Shown: positions 46,588 to 60,880, counted from the first letter of the stretch. The stretch is 64,000 bases of DNA from Malacoraja senta (GCA_038087875.1 CM075988.1:10728001-10792000); one strand, 5' to 3'. Made by a program: numbers and translations. Notes: a model not told the origin generated them from the sequence alone.

Positions 46588-46944
46588 TTCCAGGTTTTTC
46601 ACGCGTGTGCCGGGAACTTGCCAGTCGCCGGTAATTCGCTGAAAAATCGTCTAAATGGGATAGGCCCTTTACAGACATCAAGTTATATCTCCAATATTAT
46701 TTCAGATTATGGCAGACCTAATATTTATGCTTTTCCTAGCTATCACAATAAAGTGGCATTATCATCTGTCAGGCAAAGTCCTTTAATAGCCTACACCTGC
46801 TACACAACACCTCCCTCCAAGTTGAATGGCACATGACAAGGCCCTGAAACATTTTTGAGCACTTTCCATATCTCAAGGATCGTGAAATTCGCTATTTGAC
46901 ATGCATGGGCTTGGTTAATTGGGAAGATCCTAATGAATCAAACA

Positions 46945-47700
46945 ACATGGTTGAGAATCAATGTCTACCAGGCAGTCGTAATTCCTGCTCTCCTATGTGC
47001 TTCTGGAACCCAAACTACCTATGATAGGCATATCAAGCACCAGAAACAAATACCACTAGTGGTATCTCTGCAAAATCCACCTTCTTCAGCAGAAGGATAT
47101 GTGAATTAAAGTTAGTGTCTGCTCTGAGACCAACGTCACTTGCATTGAGGCCCACATTGCACTCACTTGTCAGTAATGGGTAATCCACTTCATTTGCATG
47201 CTCAAACTCAGAATCCTGAATCAGGCACTCCATTCTGAGCTCTGTCATAGGAGGAGGTTACCAAATGGACAGAGGAAAAAATCATGTATTTTGCTCCCTG
47301 GAAAAATGTAAGATGGATAGGATAAGTTTGGAGGGATATGGACCAAGTACAGGCAGGTGGGACTAGTGTAGCTGGGACATGTTAGCCGGTGTGGGCAAGT
47401 TGGCTGAAGGGCCTGTTTCCACACTGTATCACTCTATGACTTTATCTACTCTTAACTCTGGGACAATGAGTTTAAGGTTTAATATTGAACATAAGTTCTG
47501 AATAGGATTGAAAATCACAAGATCACACATCAGAAGTCCACAAATATCGAGCATGCTCACCCTGTCATGTTCCTCCCCCCTCGACTGTAGAAGAGTCTGC
47601 AGTTTCCATGTTAACCTTGACAGTTATCTCAGTCCCCACAAAACCAGTGAAGAGGCAGTTCATCCTCATTCCCACAGGTCTGCTTCAGAAGAAGAAGACA
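46945..47700 (+). mobile_element. Degenerate RTE 3' relic interrupted by a CR1 tail (about 47310-47440)
   Basis: INVYQAVVIPALLCASGT..TYDRHIK; CRRVC; (GAA)n end. Confidence 0.65.
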
Positions 47701-47875
47701 CGATTAATAAAACTCCTAATAATATAATTTAACAGAATAGCCTAACAGCATAGACAAATATGATGGTGTTAATCAAGGAAATCCCATAACTACTAACAGA
47801 AGGGCATAACATTGTATGTCAGTGAGTCATTGTATCCTGGAATAATCTCAACAATTCCCAGAAAATGGAAATGAT

Positions 47876-48020
<145 letters not shown>

Positions 48021-50234
48021 CATTTTTCCTGTGTAATGATTGAGATGGGTTTGTAGGATTCCTTTAATACCTTCAGCTTTTGTGAAGACTGTGTATTTAA
48101 ACCTTTGGGCATTTAAAGTTAATTTCCCAGATGGACACTGTTAACGTGGCATCTATGGAAATATCTGTGGGGAGACAAGCACACTATAAAGTCGAATTTG
48201 AGATCGAGGGAACCGATCACCAGTTCAGAACCAAATTGTTTTTGGTTGAATCAAAATCAGCTAATTATGCATTTCTATCTAAAATTTGTCCTGACATCCT
48301 GAAATCCTGAACAGAGTTATCAAACCTATTGTTTGATTTGTGAGCAAAATTGCCATTCCATTTTAATTTGTTAAGTAAATAATGCAGAAATGCATGTGGT
48401 TTCTGTGAAAAGAGTATTTGTTTCATCACATACAGTAAGGTCTGTCCAAATTTCTCCCATATCTTATGTGTGTAAGTGCTGAGCGCTGATATTTAATTCT
48501 AAAGTATAGTTAGAAGTGTTTTATGATACCTCGACAGAGTTCTTGGGGAGATTAAATTTCAGAGAGCCAAGAATTAAAAGAAAATAGTTTGTTAATGAAG
48601 AATTCAAATATCAGGAACACAGTCACAGAAATGAGACAGAGGCCAGGCTGATATTTGTGCTCTGGAAATAAGTGCAGTGTTCAATAAATTAGCAGCATTG
48701 AACTGAGCAGAGTAAATAAATGCAAAAGAAAAGGAGGAATGTTTGCTGAACTATTGACCAGTTGAATGGAGTTGGCAGAGTGGTGAATTTCCCCTTGTGG
48801 GTCAGGTATATTTTTAAAGGGCAAATGTAGGTTTTAGCGGAAATTTATTTCGACTGTAGTTGAAGAAAATAACATTGATAGATTCTACCGGAAGCTCCAT
48901 TCACACAAACAAAATGAATCAAGGTATACAGGTGAAGGAAAACAAAGGTAATTAGATCAAGACCTGAAGAACACTGGCATCAACCGGTGATTAAATTGTC
49001 ACCATACTGACGTTTCTATACATCTGCTGTGAAAGAGAAGGGATTGTGGATATGGTTTTTTAAAAATTATGATTTTTTAAAAATATAATTATTTGTATGA
49101 TCATTTGATTAAAATTAGAACATGCAATATTTATTTATCTAACTTCAACTGTCTTCTTCCTGTTTTAATTCTGTCTTTCTGACTTAATTCTGTCTGTAAA
49201 CCCAAATTCCATTCTTTCTCTCTTCAAACCAATTCCAAGATTATTTTTCCAGTCAGTCCCAAACTTTTTCCCATCATCCTACCTCAAACCCACAATCTCC
49301 CACGAAGAATCTTGAAAAGGTGTGATTTGTTGACAATGTTGTTGGAGGAAGGAAAATCAAGTGTCTACTTGAGCCTTCAAAATGTTCTCCATGACATCAA
49401 AATTGTCATCTCATATTTTGGTAAATGCATTTCATATGAAGACATGCATGTGCAGAGGCAGTGATCACATGCCAGGCATTATGCCTGCCGATGAAGGAAT
49501 TTTACAAATCTGAAGAAGGGTTTCGGCCTGAAACGTTGCCTATTTCCTTCGCTCCATAGATGCTGCTGCACCCGCTGAGTTTCTCCAGCATTTTTGTCTA
49601 CCAAGGAATTTTACAATGCCATTTTATTTTTGCTAGTTGTCAGAGCCAAGAGTAGGTAGAGATGCGATTAGTGATGCAATGATAGCATTATGGAATTTGC
49701 AATGCCCTTCTGCTCTTTGCTTTGCGTAAGTTACCAATAAAGAAAACTGACAGATGCTGCTTTAAGGAGATTATTTGGGAACCTCCTCCATTGTTTTGTC
49801 TGCATATGTTAATCTATGTTAATCAGGAGAATTATTAATTAATTACCAGGGTCTAATAGACCCAGTATGTCTTTAGCTACTGTGGCTTCCGTTTAGTGGT
49901 GATTGAAGACTGTTGGTGTTCTGCCCAGAAGACTTTAATTTTTCTAAGTTTATTCATTAACATGATTTATTAAGAATTGTTAATCACAATTAGCACTAAA
50001 CTTTGAGAAGCACATCTGATTTGTGTTTGGAATGTAGTGACCGCTAACATAATTTGGGACATTTGCTTGACTTGGACACAAGCCCACTTAACATAGGTGG
50101 TGAACATCAAATGATCACTGATGCTTCATTTAATATTCCATGGGGACATTAAATTTGCAAAGATGTTTTTGCTCAGTCTGGCATTCCAATGCAAAACTAA
50201 ACATCTCGATTGGAACAATGCGAATTATAATTTC

Positions 50235-50660
50235 ATAAGTAATAGGAGCAGAATTAGGCCATTCGGCCCATCAAGTCTGCTCCACCATTCAATCATTGCT
50301 GATCTATCTCTCCCTCCTAACCCCTATCTCCTGCCTTCTCCCCATAACCCCTTACACCCTTACTAATCAAGAATCTATCTATCTCTGCCTTAAAAATATT
50401 TTGATTGACGGCCTTCTGTGGCAATGAATTCCACAGATTCACCACCCTCCGACTAAAGAAATTCCTTCTCATCTCCTTCCTGAAGGAACATTATTTAATT
50501 CTGAGGCTATGACCTCTGGTCCTAGGCTCTCCCACCTGTGGAAACATCCTTTCCACATCCACTCTATCCAGGCCTTTTAATATTCGGTAAATTTCAATGA
50601 GGTCACCCCCTCATCCTTCTAAACTCCAGCGAGTAGAGGCCCAGTGCTGTCAAATGCTTG
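50235..50660 (-). mobile_element. CR1 3' fragment
   Basis: Homologous to 18465-18880 and to the 3' end of copy B. Confidence 0.88.
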
Positions 50661-51621
50661 TAAAACGTTTGAAGAACCACTTTATGCCCATGGCCCAGAT
50701 AACAACTTTCTCAGAACTCTCGCCTCTGTAGGTATGCAGGCTTATGTTCCTGCGGATTAGTTTGCACCCTAGGTTCCAGGAGGGGGCTGCAATACAGCAG
50801 ATACAGCTGCTGACACACAGCGCTGGCAATCTGATTTGATCCGGGCTTCGGTGCTGTCTACGTGGAGTTTGCATGTTTTATCTGTGACCGCATGGGCTTT
50901 CCCTGATGCCCCAGATTTCCTCTCGCATCCCAAAGACAAACTTGTCCCTCATATAGATGGATGACGGTCAAATCAAGGGGAGAGGCAGTGTTAGGAGGGT
51001 AACTTGCAGGGAAATTAGTGGGGGGATGGAAGTGAAGGGGCTGCTGAGAGTCAGCATTGACTTAATAGGTTGAATGGCCTCCACTGTTTCATAAGAAATT
51101 ACGACACAAGGTAGACACAAAAAGCTGAAGTAACTCAGCGGGACAGGCAGCATCTCTGGAGAGAAGGAATGGGTGATGTTTCGGGTTGAGACCCTTCTTT
51201 TGGATATCCTCAAGTGAAGTGGGACCTGCATGATACACCAGTACACAACCAGTATGGTAAATTCATTTTTTTTAAAAATATGCAACTGTATTATTTACAA
51301 CTGGAAGAAAATAGATTGTAAAACATTCTCCTTCTTTGCAAGAATTGTATGCATGTATTTTCTATGATTTTATTATAAATGGGGTAACATATTTAATTTT
51401 GTAAAATAAAACTGTATGGCTCCTCTCTAGCCTCTCTGCAGCTTAGATCATGTCTTTCTTTGAAACCATTCTCCCCAGACACCCATATCAATACACAGAG
51501 GCTGATAGATCATTTGATTAAAAACTAAGTATTATAGAGACTAGAGAAAAGTATACCTCCTTGTGGCTGGCTTAAGATACTCATTGGTCTCCTTTTATAA
51601 CCTTTTACCATTCTATGGGTA

Positions 51622-52487
51622 ACTGGTAGAGCTGCTGCTTCACAGTGCTAGAGACCCGGGCTCGATCCTGACCTTGAGTGCTGTCTGTGTGGAGTTTCCC
51701 TCTGTGCCCACGTGGGTTTTCTCCGAGTGCTCAGGTTCATTCCCACATCCCAAAGATATGCAGGTTTCTAAGTTAATTGGCCTCTGTAAGTTGCCTCTAG
51801 TGTGTAGGGAGTGGATGAGAAAGTGGGATAACAAAGAACTAATAGACAATAGACAATAGGTGCAGGAGTAGGCCATTTGGCCCTTCGAGCCAGCACCGCC
51901 ATTCAATGTGATCATGGCTGATCATCCACAATCAGTACCCCGTTCCTGCCTTCTCCCCATATCCCCTGACTCCGCTATTTTTAAAAGCCCTATCTTGCTC
52001 TCTCTTGAAAGCATCCAGAGAACCTGCCTCCACCGCCCTCTGATGCAGAGAATTCCACAGACTCACCACTCTCTGTGAGAAAAAGTGTTTCCTCGTCTCC
52101 ATTCTAAATGGCTTACTCCTTATTCTTAAACTGTGGCACTTGGTTCTGGACTCCACCAATATGTTTCCTGCCTCTAGCGTGTCCAAACCATTAACAATCT
52201 TATATGTTTCAATGAGATCCCCTCTCATGCTTCTAAACTCCAGAGTGTACAAGCCCAGCTGCTCCATTCTCTCAGCATATGACAGTCCCGCAATACAGGG
52301 AATTAACCTTGTACACCTACGCTGCACTCCCTCAATAGCAAGAATGTCCTTCCTCAAATTAGGGGACCAAAACTGCACACAATACTCCAGGTGTGGTCTC
52401 ACTAGAGCTCTGTATGGATCGCTGGTCGGTATGGACCCAGTGGTTTACAAAGGCTGTTTCTATGCTGTATCTTTAAACTGAACTAAA
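51622..52487 (+). mobile_element. V-SINE split by a CR1 insertion
   Basis: Head and V-domain at 51622-51840; tail at 52409-52487. Confidence 0.8.
51841..52408 (-). mobile_element. CR1 3' fragment with (TATTGTC)n tail
   Basis: ORF 51932-52402 RPHLEYCVQFWSP...GYGEKAGTGY. Confidence 0.93.
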
Positions 52488-54081
52488 TAATTCTTTTTAA
52501 TTGTGTTTTACCTTTGGCTTTCCATTGTCCTCCTCTTAGTAGTGACAATAACACTTTGATTGGAGGGGTGAAGTGGATGCTAGCTCTCACCTGCCTTGTG
52601 TGAATGGACATATAACTATAAAGGTGACATTTATATATATATTTTCTGTACAGTAGCTCACGAAAGAAACACAGGTCACTTCTTGAGTTGGTTCAGGTAA
52701 TGTACATTAATTCTGCTTTTCTAGTGTCAGCTTAAAATGCCAAATGAGGAATCGAGCATCTTACGTTGGTGCTTCAGTTCCCTTGTTCGCTTCCCCTGTG
52801 AACATCTGCTCACAGCCATTGTTATTTGCTTGTTATCAAAACAGGGCAAAACATTCCTTTACAAAAAAGAAAACCATGAAGAAAAAAATATCTAAAAATA
52901 ACAACCAAAATATATTTGACTATTTTACTACTTAAAACAAAATTAGATATGAACTGATGCCCCCTTCTTTAGACTCCTTCCAATGCAACTGTGCATTAAT
53001 GGTGAGCTGTCTTTTCAGTATATTTGCCATAAACATGCCGTGTCTCATCGCTGTAATCTAATGCTTCATCAGTAATCATCTAGAGACAACTTGGCCCTAT
53101 CGCCTCAGCTCACCATCTGCTGCTCAGGATAAAAGCAGAGGCAGGAAGACATTTTGATTGTAAGAAATGCTGTCCCATTAAAGGGCTGTTTTTCAAGAAT
53201 AATTGTGTTGATGAGTGAGATGTGATTCCAGTGACTTGTGTGTATAATGTCCTTTAATGTCATTGCTACTGACAAAAAAGCCATGAAGCATGTTACTCTA
53301 CACAGAAACATTGGAAACCAATTTAATCCAGGTCATTTGGAAGGAAGTGGGCAATGAGTAATTAAAATTGGAAGATCTATGTTTCTACCCTGGAAACACC
53401 ATGAAGTGACCATTTTCAATCCATGCACTAAGCACTTCAATACCTAAAAGCCGGATCTTGGTGATATCATCAGGAACCTTTGTAATTTTAATAATTGGAT
53501 AGCCAGAACATGAATTTTTCAATTGTCATACCACTAGATAAAATTAGTTTGGAAATGTTTCAGACAGATGAGATCCAAACTTTGTTTACTCACTTCTGCA
53601 TTGAAGTGCATAATCAAACAACATTGAATATAGCGCCACATAAGGATATATTAACAGAAGTTTATGATGGAGGGGGTTAAAGGAAAAAAGAAAGGTTGAG
53701 AAAAGAAAAGTTCAGACAGCACAATGAGAAAGATTAAATCAGGGATAATTGGAGGAGCAGGAGGTGGCTGTGATTGTTGTCGGATAGAAATAAATTGCAG
53801 AAACCAACTTTCAAACATTGTTGATTGGATTAACATTGATCAAGTGTCAATTAGCAAGAGTAGGATAATGTGTAATGTTACAATTTAGACATGGGCTGAA
53901 GATATTTGGACACCCTCACATTTAACACAGCTAAAGACGGAGGTCAACCAGGATTCTTTATTGTCATTAAGACAAGTTATGAATAATTATTCCATCAACT
54001 AATGAGCTTAGAAAAGCAGAATTAGATCACATTATGAAGATGGAAGTTGATTGTCTTATTAATGGTGTGGATTATGTGTTA

Positions 54082-56310
54082 TGAACGTGTGCGGACGTGG
54101 CTGAGAAGCCGAAGCAAAGAAGTGGAAGCCAAATAACCGAACGGAAACAAAGCCGAAAAGCCAAATAACGGAAAGCGTACAAAGCCGAAACGCCAACTAA
54201 CCAAAAGGGCGGGACGCCTAAAAGCCAACTAACCGAAAGGCTGCATCGCCTAAAAGGAAGCTCACCGAATGGCCACTCTGCCGAAACGCCAACTAACCGA
54301 AAGGCTGCATCGCCTACAAGCCAACTAACCGAATGGCTACTCAGCCTAAAAGTCAAAAAACGGACATGACATCGCCGGGGGGTGAGACTTGTCAGCGATT
54401 GGTCCAGGCCCCCGCGTCCATCACATAATTCGCCGGTGGAGACGGGAGGGTGGGGGTCATTTTCCCACACAAGCCATAGGTGACTGGGCACTCTGAACCC
54501 GAGCACCAAGTTGTAAGCGGCCGAAGGAGCGCATCCCTCGGGACAGCCCCCACTCTTTCACAGCCACGGCCGCCCTCTGCCTCGTCTCCCCAGTGCGGCC
54601 GCACTGTGACGGGCTGTGTGTAGGCAGCGCCGGGTGGAGCAGAGGTGTGTGACAGGCCAACCCAGAGTTACTGACCGCGATGCACCGCCATCGGACCCCA
54701 ACCCCCACACCGAGTGATTCACCCCCACCCCGGTCGCGGGGACAGAAGGCGCGGGGGATTGGCAGCCATAGTAAATCTCTTTTAAAACATGGGGGACGCA
54801 CAAATTCCCTGGCGGGCCGATGACAAGTATGCACGACAATGAACAATTTGATCTCCTCCCACTCCCCCCCCCAATGACAACAGGAAGCACATTTTATTTA
54901 TTACCATCTGGTTGCCTGTGTAACGCACACAAAGTCCCACGCACAAAACACCAGCTAATCTGTAAACTGTTTTAACCGAAGATAGACACAAAAAGCTGGA
55001 GTAACTCAGCGGAACAGGCAGCATCTCTGGGAGAGAAGGAATGGGTGACGTTTCGGGTCGAGACCATTCTTCAGACATGAAGACTGAGTCTGAATGGTCT
55101 CGACCCGAAATGCCACCCATTCCTTCTCTGCAGAGATGCTGCCTGTCCCACTGAGTCACTCCAGCATTTTGTGTCTATCTTTGGTGTCACAGTTGTCTCA
55201 TTTCATCGACTTCATGTATTGCGCGCATGGAAGAGATGCTTTACATGCCGCTTGCATCTATTTATCCAAGGGTGCTCTTAATGAAATCTCACATCTTTGC
55301 GAGGGAGGGATGGAATGGATGTGACCACCGGCTAAAGCAAAGGCATAGTTAAGACAGGGAAATAATCCCACCACTTAATTAACCAGGTTCCCGAATGTAA
55401 GAACTATTTATACATGTAAAATTTGTCATTTTTAAATCAATGTAACTCTTTTTTACTTTTAATGCCGAGGTAAAATCCTGTCCTGTGGAAGGGCTTGCGG
55501 CTGCTGGTTTCATAGTTCCTTCATTGTTGGTACGTGCTGTCCTTTCACATGGACCGCTGTCAGTGCCAGTTTTCTCAACTTCAGGTTTGAAAAATGGCCT
55601 CGACCCGAAACGTCACCCATTCCTTCTCTCCAGAGATGCTGCCTGTGTGGGGGTTGGGGTCCAATGGCAGTGCATCGCGGTCAGTGACTCTGGGTGGGCG
55701 GAGGGACCAGCTTGTCCCACACCTCTGTTCCAACCGGCGCTGCCGTCACACAGCCCGTCACAGTGCTGCCGCATGGGGGAGACAAGGCAGAGGGTGGCCG
55801 TGGGGGCTATTCCGAGGGATGCGCACCTTCGGTCGCTTACAACTTGGTGCTCGGGTTCAGAGTGCCCAGTAACCTATGGTTTGTGTGGGAAAATGACCCC
55901 CACCCTCCAGTCTCCACCGACCAGTGATGTGATGGATGCGGGGGTCTGGACCAATCGCTGACAAGTCCCGCCCCCCTGGCGACGTCATGTCCGTTATTTG
56001 ACTTTTCGGCTCAGCGGCCTTTCGGTTAGTTGGCTTGTAGGCGACGCAGCCTTTCGGTTAGTTGGTGTTTTGGCAGAGCGACCATTCGGTGAGTTTGCTT
56101 TTAGGCTATGCAGCCTTTCGGTTAGTTGGCTTTTAGGCGTCCCGCCCTTTCGGTTAGTTTGCATTTAGGCATCCCACCCTTTCGGTTATTTGGCTTTTCA
56201 GCTTCATACGCTTTCGGTTATCTGGCGTTTCGGCTTTGTTTCCATTCGGTTATTTGGCTTCCACTTCTTTGCTTCGGCTTCTAGTCCTTCGACGTCACGT
56301 TCAGGTACCG
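54082..56310. repeat. Long inverted repeat (arms 54082-54710 and 55645-56310) with subterminal AAAGCCAACTAACCGAA arrays; foldback-like element
   Basis: Arms are reverse-complementary; paired ORF translations on opposite strands (TTWCSGSECPVTYGLCGKMTPTL). Confidence 0.85.
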
Positions 56311-56919
56311 TTCTGAAATACACCGTCAACTATGTAATCAAGATGTTGAATGTAAAATTTTACGTATAATTTCATTATTTAAAAAAGCTGGGAAAGATAT
56401 GATGTAGATTACTTATATATCTGTTGTCAGGAATTGATCAATGCCTATAATTATGGTTACATTAACTGAACATCCCAAAGATTTTTAAATGATTGAGGGA
56501 ATCTCGTGTACATTTGCAAAGATAGATCATATTTGTTAACTTGATGGTGAATTCAATTTTGAACTTGAATTGAATTGCTTTCACTATTTCTATGGAGTTA
56601 GAGAAGGAATTTGGTAAAACTGAATCTTATGGAATTGATGTTGAATTAATGACCCGGTTAGTAAATTGCCTGAACAGATGGAAGAGAATGGCATGGGCAT
56701 TCTAAATGACGCAATGTGAGAAGTAGGATTTGTGCCAGGGCTTCATGCATTCACTGTGTTTAGATGATAGGATTCAAGTTTGTCAAGGACAAAGATAGCT
56801 AGTAGTACCATAAGAACTATAAACCTATGCATAAGAGCAATGCTTTTTTTTGTAAAGATGAACACCGAGACAACATACCATCACCTCCACAAAGTTAAAC
56901 ATGAGATTGATTTACAGCA

Positions 56920-57545
56920 TGCGTGTAGAAACAAGGAACTGCAGATAGTGGTTCACAAAAAAAAAGACAAAGTGCTGGAATAACTCAGCGGGTCAAACAG
57001 CACTTCTGGAGAATATAGATAGGTGATGATTCAGGTCTGGACCCTTCTTCTGACCAATTATGGCGGTGGAGTGGGTTGTTAGAAAGTTAGAAGAGATGAG
57101 GGGCAGGACAAAGCATGGCAGGTCATAGGTGAACAGAGGCGAGAGGGTTTTTGATAGGCAAATGATTGGACAAAGGCCAGAGATGAAAAAAAGTGTGAGA
57201 CAAAATGATTAAAGAGTTGCAAATTGTGAAGCTAGAGGAAGGAATGTAGGTGAAAGCAGAGGTTGAGGGGAAAATAGGTGCCAGTCGGGTCATGGGTGAT
57301 AAATGGGAGGAGGGCAGGGGGTGTTAAAGGTTACCTAAAATTGGATAATTCAATGTTAATACTGTTGGGTAAGCTACCCAAGCAGAATAGGGGTTGCTGT
57401 TTCTCCAGTTTGCATGTGGCCTCACTCAGGCAATGGAGGAGGCCCAGGACAGAAATATGAGTATGAGAATGGGAAGGGTAGTTATAATGGTTAGCAACCA
57501 GGAGATCCTGTCAACCTTTGGGGACCGAGAGCAAGTCTTCACGAG
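56920..57545 (-). mobile_element. Penelope-like element 3' portion (GIY-YIG C-terminus + pLTR)
   Basis: 57510-57331 reads QDLLVANHYNYPSHSHTHISVLGLLHCLSEATCKLEKQQPLFCLGSLPNSINIELSNFR*, continuous with the short abundant repeat. Confidence 0.85.
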
Positions 57546-60526
57546 TACCGTCATATACATACCAGCATTTTTTGTCTATTAAAAATTAGCAGTGGTTATT
57601 AGTACAAGCAAATGATAAACTGGACCAAAAGAATTTCAATAGAGGAGCTAATATAGAAAGTATTTCCAACCAATGTTAATCTAGAAACTGTGCAGGTCCA
57701 AGAGTCTTAATACTGCATGTAAAAGGATTATAAAAGTGCTAAGGGGCATATAGAAAATTATGAAACTGACTAATGGAATGCTGGCATTTATATCTGAAGG
57801 TCATGTATGCTGGAGTTAGATGCCATGCCAAGGCAAGATCAAGCCCTAGAGTACAGTGAGCAGTCCTGGCTATCACACCATAGGAAGGATGAGTGACATT
57901 GGAAGTAGCGTGGTGCCATTTTATTTGGAAACTACGTAAAGCAGAATTGTAATTTTTTGTAATTGAGAAGATTGGTGAATGACTTGCTTGAAACTTTCAA
58001 CTCTTTGGGGAAAATTGGTGGGTGTAGCCTCTGGTTCCATTCCCGCAGTGGATTTCATACGGGGCAGAACCAGTCTGAAGAAGGGTCTTGACCTGAAACG
58101 TCACCCATGACCAGTCTGAAGAAGGGTCTACACCCAAAATGTCACCCATTCCTTCTCTCCAGAGATGCTGCTTGTCCCGCTGAGTTACTACAGCTTTTTG
58201 TGTCTATCTTCAGAACTTGCCTTGCTGTGTTCCCCCAGCCTTATTCCCGGTACATTCCAATGGTGGGGACTGTGGTACAGTTTGATTCGACCTACTCCAG
58301 GGAAGCAGTCGAGTGGATGGAGAAAAATGATTCCCTCTGACTGGACGAAGGATGCAGGCTGAAAATTAAGACCAGGCCCTTCAGGAATAAAGTTAGGAAA
58401 CGCTTGAGTAAAGAAATGGTTGGAGAACTTTAACTCTTTTCTGGAAATACAGCTTGGTTCATTTTTAATATTAAATCTGTCTAAAATTATGGAATATCAG
58501 GAGAAGGAACGTATTTGGTTAGAGTTAAGTTTTGATCTCGTTGAGAAGCCATTTGACCTTTTGATTCGAAGGTAGACACAAAATGCTGAAGAAACTCAGC
58601 GGGACAAGCAGCATCTCTGGAGAGAGAAGGAATGGATGACGTTATTTTCTGAGAGCAGATTAATGTAAAAGTTGATTGAGATTTTAGATTGGATCAGTAG
58701 GTCGACATAGACAAGTATTTTTCTCTGCTATTTAGGGGCAAAGGATATTAGGTTTATTATTATTCCCATTGATAGTGAGGTACAATGAAAAACTTTTGTT
58801 TATTTGCAATCCCATCATATCATATAATACCATCCAAATGAGAGGTTGGCAAGCATTTCTTTATGCAGTATGATGGAACTGTCCCAGAGATAGCAGTAAA
58901 CAATAGTTTAATAATTTAAAGTTTGATATTGTTTGAATGCTTGATGTAAAATGGTGCCAGGGCAACTGGCGGAAGATGGGATACGACTAAACCATGATCT
59001 GAATGAATGGGCCGAATGGCATGTTGGCCTGTTCTTTCTGTTCAATGTTCCGAAAAGCAGCACAGTGCACAGAACTGTCGGTGTAGCTTACATTCCTGAA
59101 CACTGAATGGGTGTTAATTCACAACCTTCCGTGTCATGTCTAAAATGTATTGATTGAGCCCTTTAGATTGACCATGTAGCCATCAACCTTTACAGCATCC
59201 TCAGCAGTTTTCGTCATTGCAATCTCATTGCAAGGCTGGTCACTGCTGTATGTCTGCTGAGTTCTTGAAATGAATATGTGAGTTTCCTATTTCTTGTCTT
59301 CATCAGTGACTTGATGGACCCAATGCAGCTGAAATAGAGGCAATTACTGAATTACTGCAGTTATAGACAGAATTGGACAATGGCAGACAAATGATGTGCT
59401 ATTTCAAGTGCTGACTCAACGGATTCAATAATTATATTAAGAAAGATTGCCTCTGCTGTTACTCATCCAATAAGGGTATCAGAATGTGTTCAATTGCAGA
59501 CATTCAATGTGTTCCATTCAATCATGTCAGATCTATGTTGGAGTAAACAAATGATAAAGATGGTGAAAAAATGATAAGATTAGAGTCCACCAGAAAGTAC
59601 AGCTCCGTTTTCCATTAACAGCAGGTCCAATGCTTTTTGAATGAATGAATCTTTAAAGCAGAAGAATATCCCACAGAAGCTTAATCAAACCAGATCCTCA
59701 AATTGGCATCTGTGCAAAGAAAAGGGTATTAAAGATGATGACCAAAAGCATTTATTCATCAAAAAGTAAATTGCAAGATTAGAGATAAGTTAGTTTTAAA
59801 ACACAAAGTACTTGTGTGCGATATCACCAGGATATGTCCTCAACCAATATAACCAAGCCAAATGCCAAAGAGTATCTAAACTGTCTATACACACTTATGA
59901 TATCGGACAATAACTAACTCCATCTTCAGTAATAATGAAGAGGGTAATAGTGGTGTGGTTTCACTGCTAAATTTAAGGCCTAAGCAGTTAGCAATATGGC
60001 TGTTGATAACAGAACAGTGACAGTAGACCAAGGCGTCTCCATAACATTTTCTGAATTGGAGGTATATCAAAGTCAGTGTTCTCCCAAGTTAACATTGCCA
60101 CTGCTGAGGGTCCTGGCTGCAGATGTTCACTACAATGGACAGGCCGCATTGTTCATATGCCCATGCAAGACTCCCAAGGCTGGAACGCTATTCCAAGCTC
60201 TTCCAAGTGGAAGAATGATTGGGAATGAAGTGCAGATGCTGGTTCCCACCAAAGATAGACACAAAATACTGCAGTAACTCAACGGGTCTGGAGAGAAGGA
60301 ATAGGTGATGAGTTTTGGTTCGAGACCCTTCTTCAGACTGAGAGTCAGGAAAGAGGGAAACTGGAGGTATGAAAAGGTACAGAACAAACAGCCGACACCG
60401 ATGACTCTAGAAAGGTGGAGCCCACAATGGTCCAGATGGATGAATATCAGATAGATGGAAGAAAATACTTGATAGTGCACTGAAAGCCTCCATGAAGAAT
60501 AGTAACATCCTGACTGACTCCTGGGA

Positions 60527-60880
60527 ATTCCTAGAGTAGATGTGGAGAGGATGTTTACAGTAGTGGATGAGTCTCGGACCAGAGGACCAGAGGGCACAGC
60601 CTCAAAATAAAAGGACTTAGCTTTAGAATAGAGATGAGGAGGAATGGTTTTAGTCAGAGGGTTTTGAATCGATGGAAATCATTGCCACGGACAACTGTGG
60701 AGGCAAAATTATTGGGGGATTTTTAAACAGAGAAAAATTGGTTCTTGATTAGTTAGGGTGACAAAACGTTATGGGTAGAAGGCAGGAGCATGGGGTTGAG
60801 AGGGAAAAATAGATCAGCCATGATTGAATAACAGAGCAGGCTCAATGGCCAAATGGTCTGATTCTGCACACTCCTATGCA
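60527..60880 (+). mobile_element. CR1 3' fragment
   Basis: RVDVERMFTVVDESRTRG plus a CR1 3'UTR. Confidence 0.85.

Larger units (their letters stand above)
45454..46668. mobile_element. 1.2-kb Harbinger-like MITE containing C-rich and (TG)n tracts
   Basis: TIR AGGGCCTGTCCCA / TGGGATAGGCCCT. Confidence 0.8.

Noticed and set aside
45842..46836. Proline-rich, poly-CV and poly-HT ORFs
   Set aside because: Low-complexity and microsatellite translations inside a MITE.
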